Below, piece by piece: positions 38,586-51,231 of a DNA stretch of 64,000 bases (its first letter is position 1; each line of letters begins with the position of its first letter). The position numbers were made by a program, and so were the translations under genes. The stretch is from Vicugna vicugna (taxonomy: Eukaryota). Under the pieces are notes generated by a model. It saw only the letters and a list, made by a program, of their open reading frames with translations. It ran no database searches and had not been told where the DNA came from. The stretch is taken from the NCBI GenBank assembly GCA_013265495.1, contig MU057880.1:650527-714526 (forward strand). The letters are read 5' to 3'.

Positions 38586-39142
38586 GTAATGGACTATGTA
38601 GTTAATATCATCGCCTCCCAGCTTTAACATCCTCTTTCTTCTGGTCAACTTCCTTTTCCTGTTGGTATATAAAATATGCACCCATTCCACACTGCCTCAG
38701 TGCAACAACCATCCAGGACCACAGCAGGCCAACTCTATTACTACCCTGCTCCTCTCAGAGTGATCATTAGTTCCCCAGGTGAAGCTAGACTCTAAGCCAG
38801 ACAATAGGGCTTCTCCCAACAGAATCCCCCATATTAGAGGTAAAGATTGCCCACTTCTCGAACCTAGAACCAGCGAATGCAAACTTGGGGTTCTCTGTGG
38901 CCACCTTCCCTAGTCTCGGGTAGAGCCTTCTGTGGAATGGGACCCAGCAGAGACAACTAGGAATGAGAGAACGATGACAGTCAGGGAGGCTCCGGGGTCA
39001 CTGTGTCCCCCTGAGCACCTGGGCCTGCATCTCTTCCACAATTGCCTTCACCAGTATGTGAACTAAAACTTCGTATTTTCATTTTGCTTGAACTAGTTGG
39101 AGTACCTGGCACATGTAATTTTTTTAAAGTACTAATTAAAAC
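38586..39142 (+). mobile_element. Old MaLR LTR (MLT1J/K-like)
   Basis: TG...CA ends, cccagctttaacatcctctttcttctgg near the 5' end, and tactaattaaaaca at the 3' end. Confidence 0.45.
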
Positions 39143-41728
39143 AATGGCAAAACTTTGCAAGCTGATATGTTTCTAATATTTGAACCCAGTTGTTTTGAAG
39201 AATTCAGTGATGCTGGCGAGACGTACACTAGAAAAGTTCTGATCCATCCATCTGCATCAGAATCAATGGAACTTTTTATTACCAAGAGCCTTCAGAAAGC
39301 CTCTACTGAAATTCAATATGTCTTAAGACGTGTTTTGGACATGTTCCTAGTCCAGATTATTTCCCACGGGGGAAAAATGATTGGATTGAGAGAGAGGGCA
39401 TGGCAAGGGGGTGTACAAAGAGGGGAGAGCTTTCATTTCTTCTCATTTTAAAATTAGCAAGTATGGTTAGGTACCAATGACTAATAGTGATGTTCTGGTT
39501 TTAATGCTCATTGTGGAATTTTACTTATTTATTTCTGTGGTTGAGAAAGCCTGAATGAATGCTAAGTTGACTGATAGAAGAAAATTTATTTTTCCAAAGC
39601 ATAGTGCCTTCCCTCTGTAGGTGTGATGTTGCGTGGAGTGAAGTACAAATTCAGCACCGGAGACAAATGGGGTGTGTGCCCCCATCGCAAGAATTTGCCT
39701 GTATTAACAGTCATTGTCGCTCACTTCCCTGCAGCATTCTGTGAGCTCACCCACGAAGCCCTTGAAAAGACAGGAAATGGTGCGTAGATATTAGTAATAG
39801 TTTATCTTCCTATTTAGGAGTAAGCCAACGCAACTCAGCACTTTTTGTTGTGCTTATGAAAGTGCAACTTTTCACTAAAATCTCAAGTTTGGTTTTAGAG
39901 CATTTACGCCAGTACTGGTGAAGGGGTTCTCTGAAGCACTTGGGACACCGAAGTAAGAGTTTATAAGATGAACCAGGAGCATTATTAAAACACCATCACC
40001 GAAAAGACGGGATCCAACACAGGAGGGTTGGGGAACGTTGGGAAAATGTCCCTCAGAGGGAGGACGGGCAAGGGAGATAACCAAGTCCAAGTGCTCCTCA
40101 GTCTGCCGACTGCTGTTTTTACTCTCCAAATGGATATTTGTGAATTCACTTGGAACTCAGAAGAAAATATTGCCGTTAAATTCCCGACATTAAAAATGGT
40201 GGTTAGGTCTCTAGCAGGCCTTGCAGAATTACCAACCCCCACGTAGCTGCACCAAGAGCTCCAGTTGCCTGTTGTTCCTCAGACTGAACAGTGACAGCCC
40301 ACCTCGCCGCCAGGATGCTGGAGTTTCTCCGTTTCCCAAACTGCCAGCCACCATGACCCCACGGTCTGGAGAGTCATTTCCTCCAGTATCCTCTCCTCCT
40401 GGGCCAACAAAGAAAAAATTCTTTCCCTCATGATGACGAAAGAAGAAAGAATCCTCAGGTAGCCCGTGTTAACAGGGAGGGGCAGTGACTAACATTATTG
40501 CGATGCTCGTAAGGTCGTTTTCAGGGCTTGGGACTTGCTTCAGTTTCTTTCACAATGTGTGGTATTGCTGCCCTATGTTTGGTTGAGTTTAATAGAAATG
40601 GCTGGGTTGCTTTTCGAGCATGAGGGGTGGCTGGTGTTTTGAATCTTCCGTCTTGTGGGAGCATGATATAAACCCCAGGCTACTCTCCTTCCTTTGCCCT
40701 TTGTCCCCCTAAGAGACCCAAGGGGGCAGGTCACGCTGGGGGACTTGAATTGAGGTGCCAGAAACCACCCACGGATCCCACCAGCCGACTCAGAAGATTC
40801 TCTGATGACACAACCTAGACACACTCTCCTTTACAGTCTGCTGAGGACAGCTAAAGCCAGAAATAACTCTGACATACATTAAAAAAAGTTAAGCCTCCAA
40901 AGGTTTTCCTTTTTGCCCCTCCAAAAACATTAGCATGCAAATGAGTTAGCTAGTAGTCACTAACAACTTTTTTCCCTGCAAAATGATTGGCTAATTTCAC
41001 CAGCGATCACATTCTCAGCCTATCAGACGAGGCTCTGATCACCCAGAGACAAAAATGTTTCTTGGAAGTGCTCCACAGGGCAACAAAGGAAGTCTGCTTG
41101 GATTGTTCTTTCTTGCCAGTCATGCTGATGATCAGCGCGGACCGCGGAGGCCTGGCCTCGGTCCATGGTCCACAGTGAATGTTGCAGCCCGCCATCCTGA
41201 ATTCTTAGGGGGTGAGGCCTCGCTTGGCAACCCTCCTTTCTGAAACATTCATAAAAACTGGTAATTGCCACATAAACGTGGACTCTCTGGCACAGAGAAT
41301 TATGGCTCTTATCTCTCAGGATCCTGGAGCTTCGTATGGTATGCACACTCATCAATCCTATAAAGCCCACCTCCAGTTCAGAGCATCCTTCTCTTCACGC
41401 TGTATCACCTTACACACAGCCGTGGTGTGCACCACCCAATCAGATTTATGTGTGAGGACACTAAGACATCCCTAGAAAGTTAGCAAAATGGTCACATGGC
41501 AATCATTTGGTTGATATTAATAATTTAACCTTCTTACAAAGCATATGTGTATCTTCACATTTGAAGATGCCCAGGGGAGCATCTGATTCAAACTTAGTCC
41601 CCATTCAGAGAAGTTTCCTCCATGTAGGTCAAAGCTTAACGAACTACTAAAGCAACCTAAATTTAGAGTGGAATTGTCAAGATTACATCAGACAATATGA
41701 TGCAACTGTTAGACTGAATCTTAAGAGT

Positions 41729-41860
41729 GGGGGGGTGTATAGCTCAGTGGTAGAGCCCATATCTAGCATGCACAAGGTCCTGGTTTCAATTCCCGGTACC
41801 GCCATTAAACAAACAAACCTAATTACCACCCCCACCCCTCCTCAAAACACACAAAACAAA
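41729..41860 (+). mobile_element. tRNA-Ala-derived SINE
   Basis: Head plus aaacctaattacc motif, with TSD gttagactgaatcttaa (41708-41724) / gttagagtgactcttaa (41861-41877). Confidence 0.92.
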
Positions 41861-43231
41861 GTTAGAGTGACTCTTAAAAAATAACTTACAACATACCTAC
41901 ATGTTATCATTTGCCAGTGTTACTTCTGAATCAATTAAATACTTGATGACTACTGATGCATATTATGCCCTAAGTTTTTCTGATTCCACTGTATTCAGCG
42001 TATCACACGTGTCCTCCTCATTACAGTGTGGTTTTAAACCATTTGCTCACACAACATATTGTAGATTTTTATCCCTGGTGGTTCTTTCCTCTCACAGTTT
42101 TGGTACAAATGTTCTATTTACGGTAGGGCATGGTAATTCAGGTTAGGGACAGGTTGTAACAAGAACCATCTGTCCTTTCCCCCCCATCTGAGTCCTTCTG
42201 TCATGATTAATTGTTGTTACCGAAAAAAAAAAATACCACCTCTTGCTGGAGTTTTGCAAGAGGCAGCGGCTGTTGTCTCTCTTTAGAGCAATGAGGCTTG
42301 AAATATGACATGCTTTGTTCCCCGTGGCATTAAACACACAGTCTCTGCTCTTGTGGTTCCCAAGTCTTCAGGAGGTTGTGAGAGACGGGTGCAAATTGCT
42401 CTTGTAATGTCAGAAGAGCAACGTGGAGACAAAATTGAAACTATGCGTCAAGAATGTCCCACTTTGTTTTAAGCATTTCCGGTGTCTGACTCTTGGGGAA
42501 TAAAACACAACTGAAGAAAGTGATATAAATATCATGTTTACACTGATGAAAAAGAGCTTCTAAGGAGTATGAGAAACTGCCGATACTACATCAAGATATA
42601 AAAAGGTTTGATAGAAATTAGGTTAAAAACCCACATTCACATTTCCTAAAAACCCTCTGCCATTGCATGATTTCAAAATCATCTCGAGAGAGAGAGAAAA
42701 GGGCCAGAGCAAGGATTTAATTTTTTATTAGAAGGAAGTGCATTGTAGGAGGGACCACCGCGGGAGGGCACCAAGGAGGGGAAAGGTCTGCTCAGAGGTC
42801 TGCATCATCAGCCCCGAAGAGGTGATCCCAAGGGACCCACTGCCGCTCGAGTGGGAGATTCACCGACTTGTGTTACAGATACTTGGAAATGCTGCCTGTT
42901 TCCTTGTTCAACCAGCATTTATTAAACACCTTCCATGTTTCCAGGATTGGATAAAGATGCAAAAGGGATGGAGGACACTGTTAACTTCTGTTTTTAAATA
43001 TCAAGGAATTTTAATCTAGATGGGAAACTGAGACATGAAACCCATCTCATTCTCTAGTGATGAGATCTGAGGGTCCACAAAGGCTTCCTCTTTCCCAGAC
43101 TAGCCCTTCCGTTAGTCTGACAATGTTTCTGAAGTCCTCCTCCCTGTCAGAGCCATCCTCCTGGACAGGGTCAATTTTTATATCAGTTTTTCAGCTTACA
43201 GATAACTTGGTCCAGGCAGATGGGACAGCTC

Positions 43232-43400
43232 ATTCAGCAAACCACCATCTGTTTTTGTAAGTCAAGTTTTATTGAAACGCGCACATGTCCACTTGTTTAC
43301 GTGTGGTCGGCAGTAGCTTCCCCCCTCCCACGGTGGAGTTGAGCTGCAGGAGAGTGCATGGCCCACGAGCTGATAATTTACTACTGGCCCTTTTATAAAT
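43232..43400. mobile_element. MER58B-like DNA transposon relic
   Basis: tgtttttgtaagtcaagttttattgaaac...tggcccacgagctgataatttactactggccctttta. Confidence 0.65.
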
Positions 43401-43764
43401 TCAAATCCTAAACCAGATTAAGAGCTGGTAGAAGGTTAAGGAGTCTCAGGAGAGAGACTAACTTTTCCGCTCAGAGTCCAAGCTGACAAGTTTCTTGGTT
43501 TGTTCCATGCGCTAGCTGGGAGGTGGATCTGTTTTCGTTTTTATAGGACATACTCTTATTAAGGACATTGTTATTTGTGGGTCCTGAAGTCATGCAGATT
43601 TATTGATTCTAACTCTATCTTGCATGAGTCCAGAGCCTAAGACCTCATAGCCTGGCCATTAAATCCAAATTCCTAGACCTGGGAAAGCACGTTTTCCTGC
43701 CACACCCACATCCCCTCCACAGCCACGCCCCACCCACATCTCCTATCCTAACTGCTCACATTTT

Positions 43765-44036
43765 GTTTTTACAGGAGGAGGTAATTAGTTTTATTTATTT
43801 ACTTATTTTTTAAGTGGAGGTACTAGGAATTGAACCCAGGACCTTGTGCTGCTAGACAGGCACTCTTTCACTGAGCTACACCCTTCCTTGTCTAACTGTT
43901 CACTTAAAACAATTCTTTTTTAATTTTTGAGGGGTGGTGATCAGGTTATTTATTTATTTTAATAGAGGGACTGGGGATTGAGCCCAGGACCTCATGCATG
44001 CTAAGCGCACACTCTACCACTGAGCTACACCCTCCT
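43765..44036 (-). mobile_element. Two tandem tRNA-Ala-derived SINEs (~43765-43887 and ~43915-44036)
   Basis: Two complete antisense heads, each with the ggtaattag/ggtgatcag tail motif. Confidence 0.92.
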
Positions 44037-44468
44037 TTCTCCCAATTGCTCACTTTTGACTCTGACTCCTGCAGGTATCACTTATAGATCAGCTCTGAAT
44101 TAGGGTTTTTTTTTTTCAGCAATTATAGGTGTTTTATGGCAAAATATTTCTTACATTATGTAATTTGTCATATCACTGGGAGTTAAAAGTTGTATAAAGT
44201 AGAACTGGAACCTTGCAGGACTAAAAATTAAAAACTTCCCTAAAAAAATTAGGATTTTGAATAAGATTATTTATGTAGAATCATAAATGTGAAAGCCATG
44301 TAGGAAAATTGAGACAGAAGTGGGCAATGTTGGAAGTAAAGATACATATGTTGCCACTAATTATTGAGGGCCACATGGCAGAGAGGACCCCAATATCAGA
44401 CAACCCAATTTAAATCCTACCTAGTTGACACTTAGAAAAGTTATTTAACTTCTCATAACCTCCATTTC

Positions 44469-44617
44469 TTTTTTTAAACAACATTATTGTGGTATGGTTC
44501 CTGTATAGTAAACTACACGTATTTCAGATGTACAATTTGATGAATTTTGATAGAGGTATACACCCATGAAACCACCACCACAATCAAGATAGCTAACATT
44601 TCCATCACTGCCCCAGA
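44469..44617 (-). mobile_element. Short L1 3' end inserted into a MIR
   Basis: tgtacaatttgatgaattttga...cacccatgaaaccaccaccacaatcaagata, with flanks cctccatttc / cctcaatttc and MIR sequence on both sides. Confidence 0.8.
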
Positions 44618-45477
44618 CCCTCAATTTCGTTCTTTGTAAAATCGGAACAGTAAAGTCTAACACAGAGCCAATCTCAGCGAATGACCCTTGCAATTAACAT
44701 GAACGTATTACAATGTCAAGAATGAGTCACTTTTCAGAACACCCCTCTCCTGCCTGGAGGGAAGGAGAGAATCATATCTAACATGTGGCATATGTAACAG
44801 CAAATATTTCCGGCTGAATTTAGCCATTGTCATCATTTCCATGGCAACTACCTTACTCCGAGAAGAGGGACAAAACACATAAAGATGCTGTAGAAGATTT
44901 ATAGTCACTTATTCGGGATGATCTTCATAAGTCTCGGGGCTGTGAGGTGAGGTGTTATTTCAAACACATGGTAATAAAAACTTCAATTTGTTATCAAGTC
45001 TTTCCCTAGGGAAACCGGTGATTTCTAACTATTTACGAATCTGGCCTCTGTAATCACGCCTACACGACTGTCTTAGAAGGTTCTCAGATGGGTATAAGTA
45101 ATCTGCCTGAGCCTGCTCGTCAGGTGGATGACAGGAGGGGGAAACTTAGCCAGAAAACACGGTGTGAGGACAAAGGAGATGTCTGGGTTTGGGGAAAGGA
45201 AGGCAGGATGTTGGTTCTGGCCATGAGGGCTGGGAGAGGGGGATCAGCCCAGAAAAAGCAACATACCTGGGGAGAGGGTGGAGAGGAGACCGTTTTTCAT
45301 GTACGTGGTGCAGCTGAATGCTATTCTGATCATAAAAGGAAGGGGTGCACAGCCAGTGTGGATGCACTGTTTGCATCTTATTTATTCAGATGCAGCATTT
45401 TTTTTTCCCCTGAAAGAGAGCAATGACTCCTTTCTCCAATAAATCCTTTAGATCAACTTTCTTTTCAAATCTAGTGG

Positions 45478-45617
45478 TTTTTTATTTCCTCCTTGGAGCG
45501 GTAGCTAATTAGGTCTGTTTGTTTACTTATTTATTTATTTAATGGAGCTACTGTTATTGAACCCAGGACCTCCTGCAAGCTAAGCATGTGCTCTACCACT
45601 GAGCTACACTCTACCCC
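45478..45617 (-). mobile_element. tRNA-Ala-derived SINE
   Basis: aatggagctactgttattgaacccaggacc...ctctaccactgagctacac. Confidence 0.9.
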
Positions 45618-46224
45618 ACCCCCACCCCCCTGACGCCAGCAGTCTTTTCCGATACAATCTTTCATTGTTTGATGGAAGACAACACAAATCTTTTTCCCAA
45701 GTGCCTTTTCTCTGCCTTACAGTATTTTAATCAATCCACAGTTTTATTTTTGAAAACTTCAACCTGTTTTTCAATTAGAACTTATTCAATTATATTAAAT
45801 ATAAGGATGTAAATCCCCTTTGGTTATATATTTTGAAGGATTTCTAAGCACATAATTAGCATTGTATAATTTCACTTCCAACCACGTCAAGAGAAAAAGG
45901 AAAGCGATACAATGCTTGAATGCTTTCAGTCTCTAAAACCCAGATACCCTCCATCATTACAAAGCTTACATTCTGTAGAGGAAAATGCCTTTCCAAAAAT
46001 TGACTTAATGAATAATTTAGTTAAAAATTATCCATTTTATTTACTATAAAGAGATATTCATCTCATGGTAGGAAACTTAGGTCATGATGAATTTATCTAG
46101 AGCTATCCAAGACATCTACTCGAACGTAGAGTGAATTCCACCCACCTGACCCCTCTTTTTCAAATAGATGTTAAAGCTGACTCTTGACTCATTGCCAAAT
46201 ACTCCAAGTCGGCTGCCAGCTAGC

Positions 46225-46579
46225 TGAAGACGGCACGTTTGTCCGCCCCCACCCCAATTCCTGTGTTGAAACCCAGCCCCCAATGTGAGGGCCTCAGGAG
46301 GTGGGGCCTTAGGGAAGTGATTGGGTCTTGAGGGCAGCAGGCCTCTTAAGAACGGGACTACTGCCCTCATAAGAGAGGCCCCAGAGGACTCTGGCCCCTT
46401 TTACCACGTGAGGACACAGTGGGAAGACGGGCATCTGTGAACCGGAAAACAGGCCCCCAACAGAAACCAGTCTGCTGCTGGCCTTCCGGGCCTCCAGAAC
46501 TGTGCGTGGTAACTGTCTATTGTTCATAAGCCATGTCGTCCATGGTGTTTTGTTATAATGGCCTGAAAGGACTAAGACA
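46225..46579 (+). mobile_element. MLT1A-type MaLR solo LTR
   Basis: About 355 bp with TG...gactaagaCA ends, ggaggtggggccttagggaagtgattgggtcttgaggg, and cctccagaactgtg. Confidence 0.88.
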
Positions 46580-48482
46580 GAATTCTAAAAGACAATCTGC
46601 CTAGTGAGGAACTAGCAAGACACCTGTGTTCGGGAGTCTTCTGGAATAAAAGTGCAGCGTGCTCAGTGCTGTGCACTGGTGAGCAGCTAAGTGCAGGGTG
46701 GCCTTGAGTTTATGCCAGCAGGTGTACCTGGAAACACTCTGGAAGGTCCCCTGACCAAATACATCTTCCCAAGAGTATACAGTTCTTTTTGAAAATAACG
46801 GCATGTAGTATTCATGCAAAGATATAGAACCAAATAGAAAACACAACGTTGTGTTATGTTCATGTCATTGGAGAGCTAATCAATGCTTCCTTTTATCTCC
46901 TGGGTATGCATGTGTAACCCTTCCACGTGTAGAACTTGATCTGAAAAATCGGTACGACTTCACAGGTGATGAGAGTTCTCTCAATGGAATCAGACCAAGA
47001 CATTTTAATGAAAAGGGCTCTAAAGCAATAGACATGTCTAAACGTTCTGAATATTTGTCTATGTATGTACTGAGAACTTTTAACATTTAATGTAGTTTTC
47101 ATACATCGGGAAGTACTTAATTTTTTTCAATATGATTAAAATCACAGAATTTCGGGGAGGAATCCCTAAACATTACGAATGTTCAAGCAATACTTAACGT
47201 GAAAAACCAATGATGCTTTTGAAAACAATCCTGGAACCATTTTTGAGTGAGAGAAGAGGAAAATATTATTTGTCTGTATTTCTTTCAAACGAGAAACAAG
47301 GAAGAGCTACAGGAAGATCACTGACACCAGAAACGTCCTTTTTCTTGGTATAATTATTCTCTAGCTCACACAACGTCGCTTTTCAAATTAAAATAGAAGA
47401 CGTGGGGGAATTTCTTTTAAACACTAAACTGAGCACTGAGGTAGAATAGCAGTGAAACTCCTATAGATCACTTTGGTTTTCAGATGAGTTTCTGTTTTTT
47501 GAATTTCTGTTTCGATTTTAGAGACAATTTATTTGAAATGTTTTACAATTTTCAAATACATTTTTCTGTTTCCACACAATCCTTTCGCCTCGGTAAAATT
47601 TGAAGTATGTAAACCTCTGCCACACGAAGCATTAATCATTCTCTTGCAACCACTTTCTCAAACCAATTTTGTTGATTTGAAAATATTCATTGTTCATCTT
47701 GCTATTCATTATTTATTCATCCACTCTTATTAATAATACATGGGCAGAAATGACAAGCATCCAAGTTAACATTCTTAGGACTGTCTTTTGACATTATCCC
47801 GGCAAGGACTTTAGTAAACACATAAAAGCTAAAGCTTAAGGAATAAACTTCAGTGAAAAAGGGCAAGGAAAATGCCACCCTCCTGAAGATAAGTTTACTT
47901 ATTTTTAGAGCACAAGGCAGTTAAATAACTACTGAGTCAGCCTGGCTTTCAGGCTGTAAACCTCCTATTTTCGCTCCGTATCTTCCCTTCTGTTGAGCTT
48001 TAAAACAAAAGCCTTGAAATTTAGCTTTACAAAGCCACCCTCACATCTTGTCCTGCAATTGTCTTTGTGGGGTTGAGTCCTAAATAGATAAACTTAAACC
48101 AAATGGTAATTCCCTCATACATTTTTATCGACTTTTTGAGGTACAGACCATTTAAAATGCAATTAGTCCAAAGGAACTGAACATAAACGGATAGCAGTGT
48201 AGACTGTGACTCGGTTTTCAAGTGAGTAGTTTCCAAGGCTAGTCAAGATAGTCAGGTGAGGCACATTTTACACAGGAAAAGGAAGAGGAAATGCTGGGGG
48301 AATTGTGGGGAAAACCTGGGTTTGGGAACAAGGCACCAGGCCTGAGCTTGAGTCTCAGTTCACCTGAGTGTCAGTTTCTTCGCCTAAAGAAGGGGATAGT
48401 TAAATCTTTTTTGTATGTGTAAATACACTATTCTATCATAATGACTAGCATGGAATAGGTATTTTAAAATAGTAGCTGATAC

Positions 48483-49156
48483 ACTATGGAAAACAGTATG
48501 AAGCTTCCTTAAAACATTAAAAATAGATTTACCATATGATCCAGCAATCCCACTCCTGGGCATGTATCTGGAGGAAACTCTAATCTGAAAAAAATACATG
48601 CACCCCAATGTTCACAGCAGCACTATTTACAATAGCCAAGGCATGGAAGCAACTGAAATGTCCATCAACAGAGGACTGGATAAAGAAGCTGTGACATATA
48701 TATATATATATATATATATAAATGGAATAAATACTCTCAGCCATAAAAAAGAAATAAATATTGCCATTTGCAGCAACATGGATGGATCTAGAGATTATCA
48801 TACTAAATCAGTCAGAGAGAGACAAATATCACACGATATCACTTACGTGTGGAATTTAATAAATGATACAAATGAACTTATTTACAGAACAGAAACAGAC
48901 TCATAGACATAGAAAACGTGTGGTTACCAAAGGGGAAAGGTTGGGGGAGGGATAAATTCGGAGTTTGGGATTAGCAGGTACAAACAAAAGATACATATAA
49001 AATAGATAAACAACAAGGATTTACTGTATAACACGGGAAACTATATTCAATATCTTGTATAATGGAAAAGAATCAGAAAAATAGTATGTGTATAACTGAA
49101 TCACGTTGCTGTGCACATGAAACTAACACAATATTGTAAATCAACTTCAGTTTAAA
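48483..49156 (+). mobile_element. 5'-truncated L1 with TSD
   Basis: cactatggaaaacagtatg...ccatatgatccagcaatcccactcctgggc..., with flanks aaaatagtagctgatac (48466-48482) / aaaatagtgactgatac (49157-49173). Confidence 0.95.
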
Positions 49157-49259
49157 AAAATAGTGACTGATACCACTAAGAAGGAAAAACAGAGCAACTT
49201 AAATTGCTTTTGCAGCGAAAGCAGTTGTCTTAGTTTCAAATCCATGTTACCAATGCTTT

Positions 49260-50053
49260 CTAGGCCGCAGCAGCCGGGCAGGGACCAGTCGAGGCATGAC
49301 TACTTGGAAGCAGTAAAAATCGCGTCTTGTGTGCGTTCCTCGCGTTGGAATCGCCGAGCCCGTTTCTCTGCCCCGGCGGGGCAGCGGGCGGCCGGGGTCC
49401 TCCCGGCGCCTGCGGGCGAGCGCGGTGCTTCCCCGCCGCTGCTGCTGGCTTCCCCGGTGGCGCCCGCCTCGCCGGTCCTGGGAGCCGGTGTTGGGCCCTC
49501 GCTCCCCGCAGCGCCGTGCTCCCCGTCGGCGCTAAGACATCCGCCTTTCCCAGAGGGAAGACCTCGGTTTCCGTGGCGCCCCTGGTGTTTCATTTCTGTC
49601 TTTTATGTACCCAGTTCTGACAAGCCCGTCATTTGGTTCAAAGGATTCATGGGGGACCCTGCTCCACACCTCTCCCCCCTTTGCGAACAAGTGTCTTGGG
49701 ATACAACCAAGGGCTAGCCGTGTCCCCGGTCTCGGGGTGGGGGTGGGGGATAGGCAAGTGTCTGTATCGCGGGGAAGGGGGGCTGAAGTGTCCGGGTGTG
49801 GGGGCTGAGGGTCCCCAGGGGACAGGGGACAGAGGCGTGGGCCTGGGGCCGCAGCCAGGGCCTTGTGCTGCGGGGGGCTCGCCCAGCAGAGGCCAGACTC
49901 CAGGGCCCTGCCTTTCATCTGTGGTTTTCTGGCTGTATTTCTTTCCCCCAACTTGTCCCGCATAGTGGTCTATTCAGATATATTGCGTGCACTTAATCCT
50001 ACTCCGCCGGGGGGGAGGGGTTGCACAGGGTGGAAGCATTGCACAGGTGAGTT
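49260..50053 (+). promoter_or_regulatory. Orphan CpG-rich region, possibly a promoter or first exon
   Basis: High CpG density at 49260-49570, G-tracts at 49734-49783, and a consensus donor CAG|GTGAGT at 50047. Confidence 0.45.
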
Positions 50054-51111
50054 TGTGTTAGTCGGTTTGCTCTGCACGGGATTGAACCCCAGCATGCACT
50101 ATGCACTTTGCACCTCCCTGGTCCCCCACAGTCCCTTGGGTTTGTCAGGGTCAACAGCCCGGACCAGATGTAACCGTGCAGAACATGCTTATCTTTCCGG
50201 TCTATACCGTCTCACCCACTGTTCCTTTTTCAAGCCGCCTGTGTTATTTAGTCTCTTCCAGTGTCTGGGGGTAGCGGTCTTCCCTGCTGGGGACCCAACT
50301 CCAAACCCTGGGCTTCTGGTTCCGGGCCCTCGGACAGTGGGTCACATCCGCACGGGTGCTGGGCTGTCGACGCTGTTCCAGGATCCTTTTCAATCCCTGA
50401 CTTGGCAGCCTTCAAAGATCCTCAGGTCCACCTTGTCTGGATCTCCTTGGACTGACCGGGGAGCCCTGCCCTGCTGCCCCCATGAGGCCTTTGTCCCTCT
50501 TTGTCCCATCCTGTTGTTGAACCCCTTGCTAAAGTCCATCTTCTCTCTCTGGCCTGGCTGGTGAAGTTGGAAATCTGTCTTGGTTCTTTATATGGCAAGT
50601 GCAGAACAGACTCGATTCCTCCTGGAAATTAACATGGCCCACCCAGTGCTGGGGCGCTATGCTCAGTGATCAGGCCCTGCAGGAGTCTCTGAGTCCCCAG
50701 GTGTATTGGGATTCTCTGGCCGGTGCTCTGTGCACCTGGGGGACCCCTGAGCCTCACCTGGACCTCCGTGGACCTCAGAATGACTGGAGAGGATGCCCTC
50801 GTGCTTCTCTCATCCCAAAGACCCTCTGAGGTCAGCCCCACAGACAAGCACGTGGCATTTGTACCCCTCTCCTGGGGAGGGAAGGACAGCACCTGCTGCC
50901 CCCAACCCATCTGCTGGAAGCCAGTCCCCCACGTCTCCTCAGTGAGCGGCTGCGGGGTCTCCCCTCCCAGCACCAAGGTTACCTCCCCACAGGGTCCCAG
51001 GTGTGCTCTCACAAAACTCATCTGTGTTTTAAAGTCGACTCTTAGCAACTTCCACAGCATGTTGAACATATTTGACCCCATATTTGATCACTCCTAGACT
51101 CACACTGGTTC

Positions 51112-51231
51112 TTTTTTGGGGGCGGGTTAATTCGTTTTGTCCATTTGTTTATGTATTATGGAGGTACTGAGGATTGAACCCAGGACCTTGTGCATGCTAA
51201 TCACGCGCTCTAGCACTGAGCTACACCCTCC
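51112..51231 (-). mobile_element. tRNA-Ala-derived SINE
   Basis: tggaggtactgaggattgaacccaggaccttgtgcatgctaa...ctgagctacaccctcc. Confidence 0.9.

Noticed and set aside
50078..50118. gggattgaaccccagcatgcact, resembling a SINE B-box fragment
   Set aside because: Too short and degenerate, with no tail or TSD.
49863..50564. 233-aa plus-strand ORF
   Set aside because: It starts at a non-ATG codon, has no recognisable homology, and crosses a strong splice donor.
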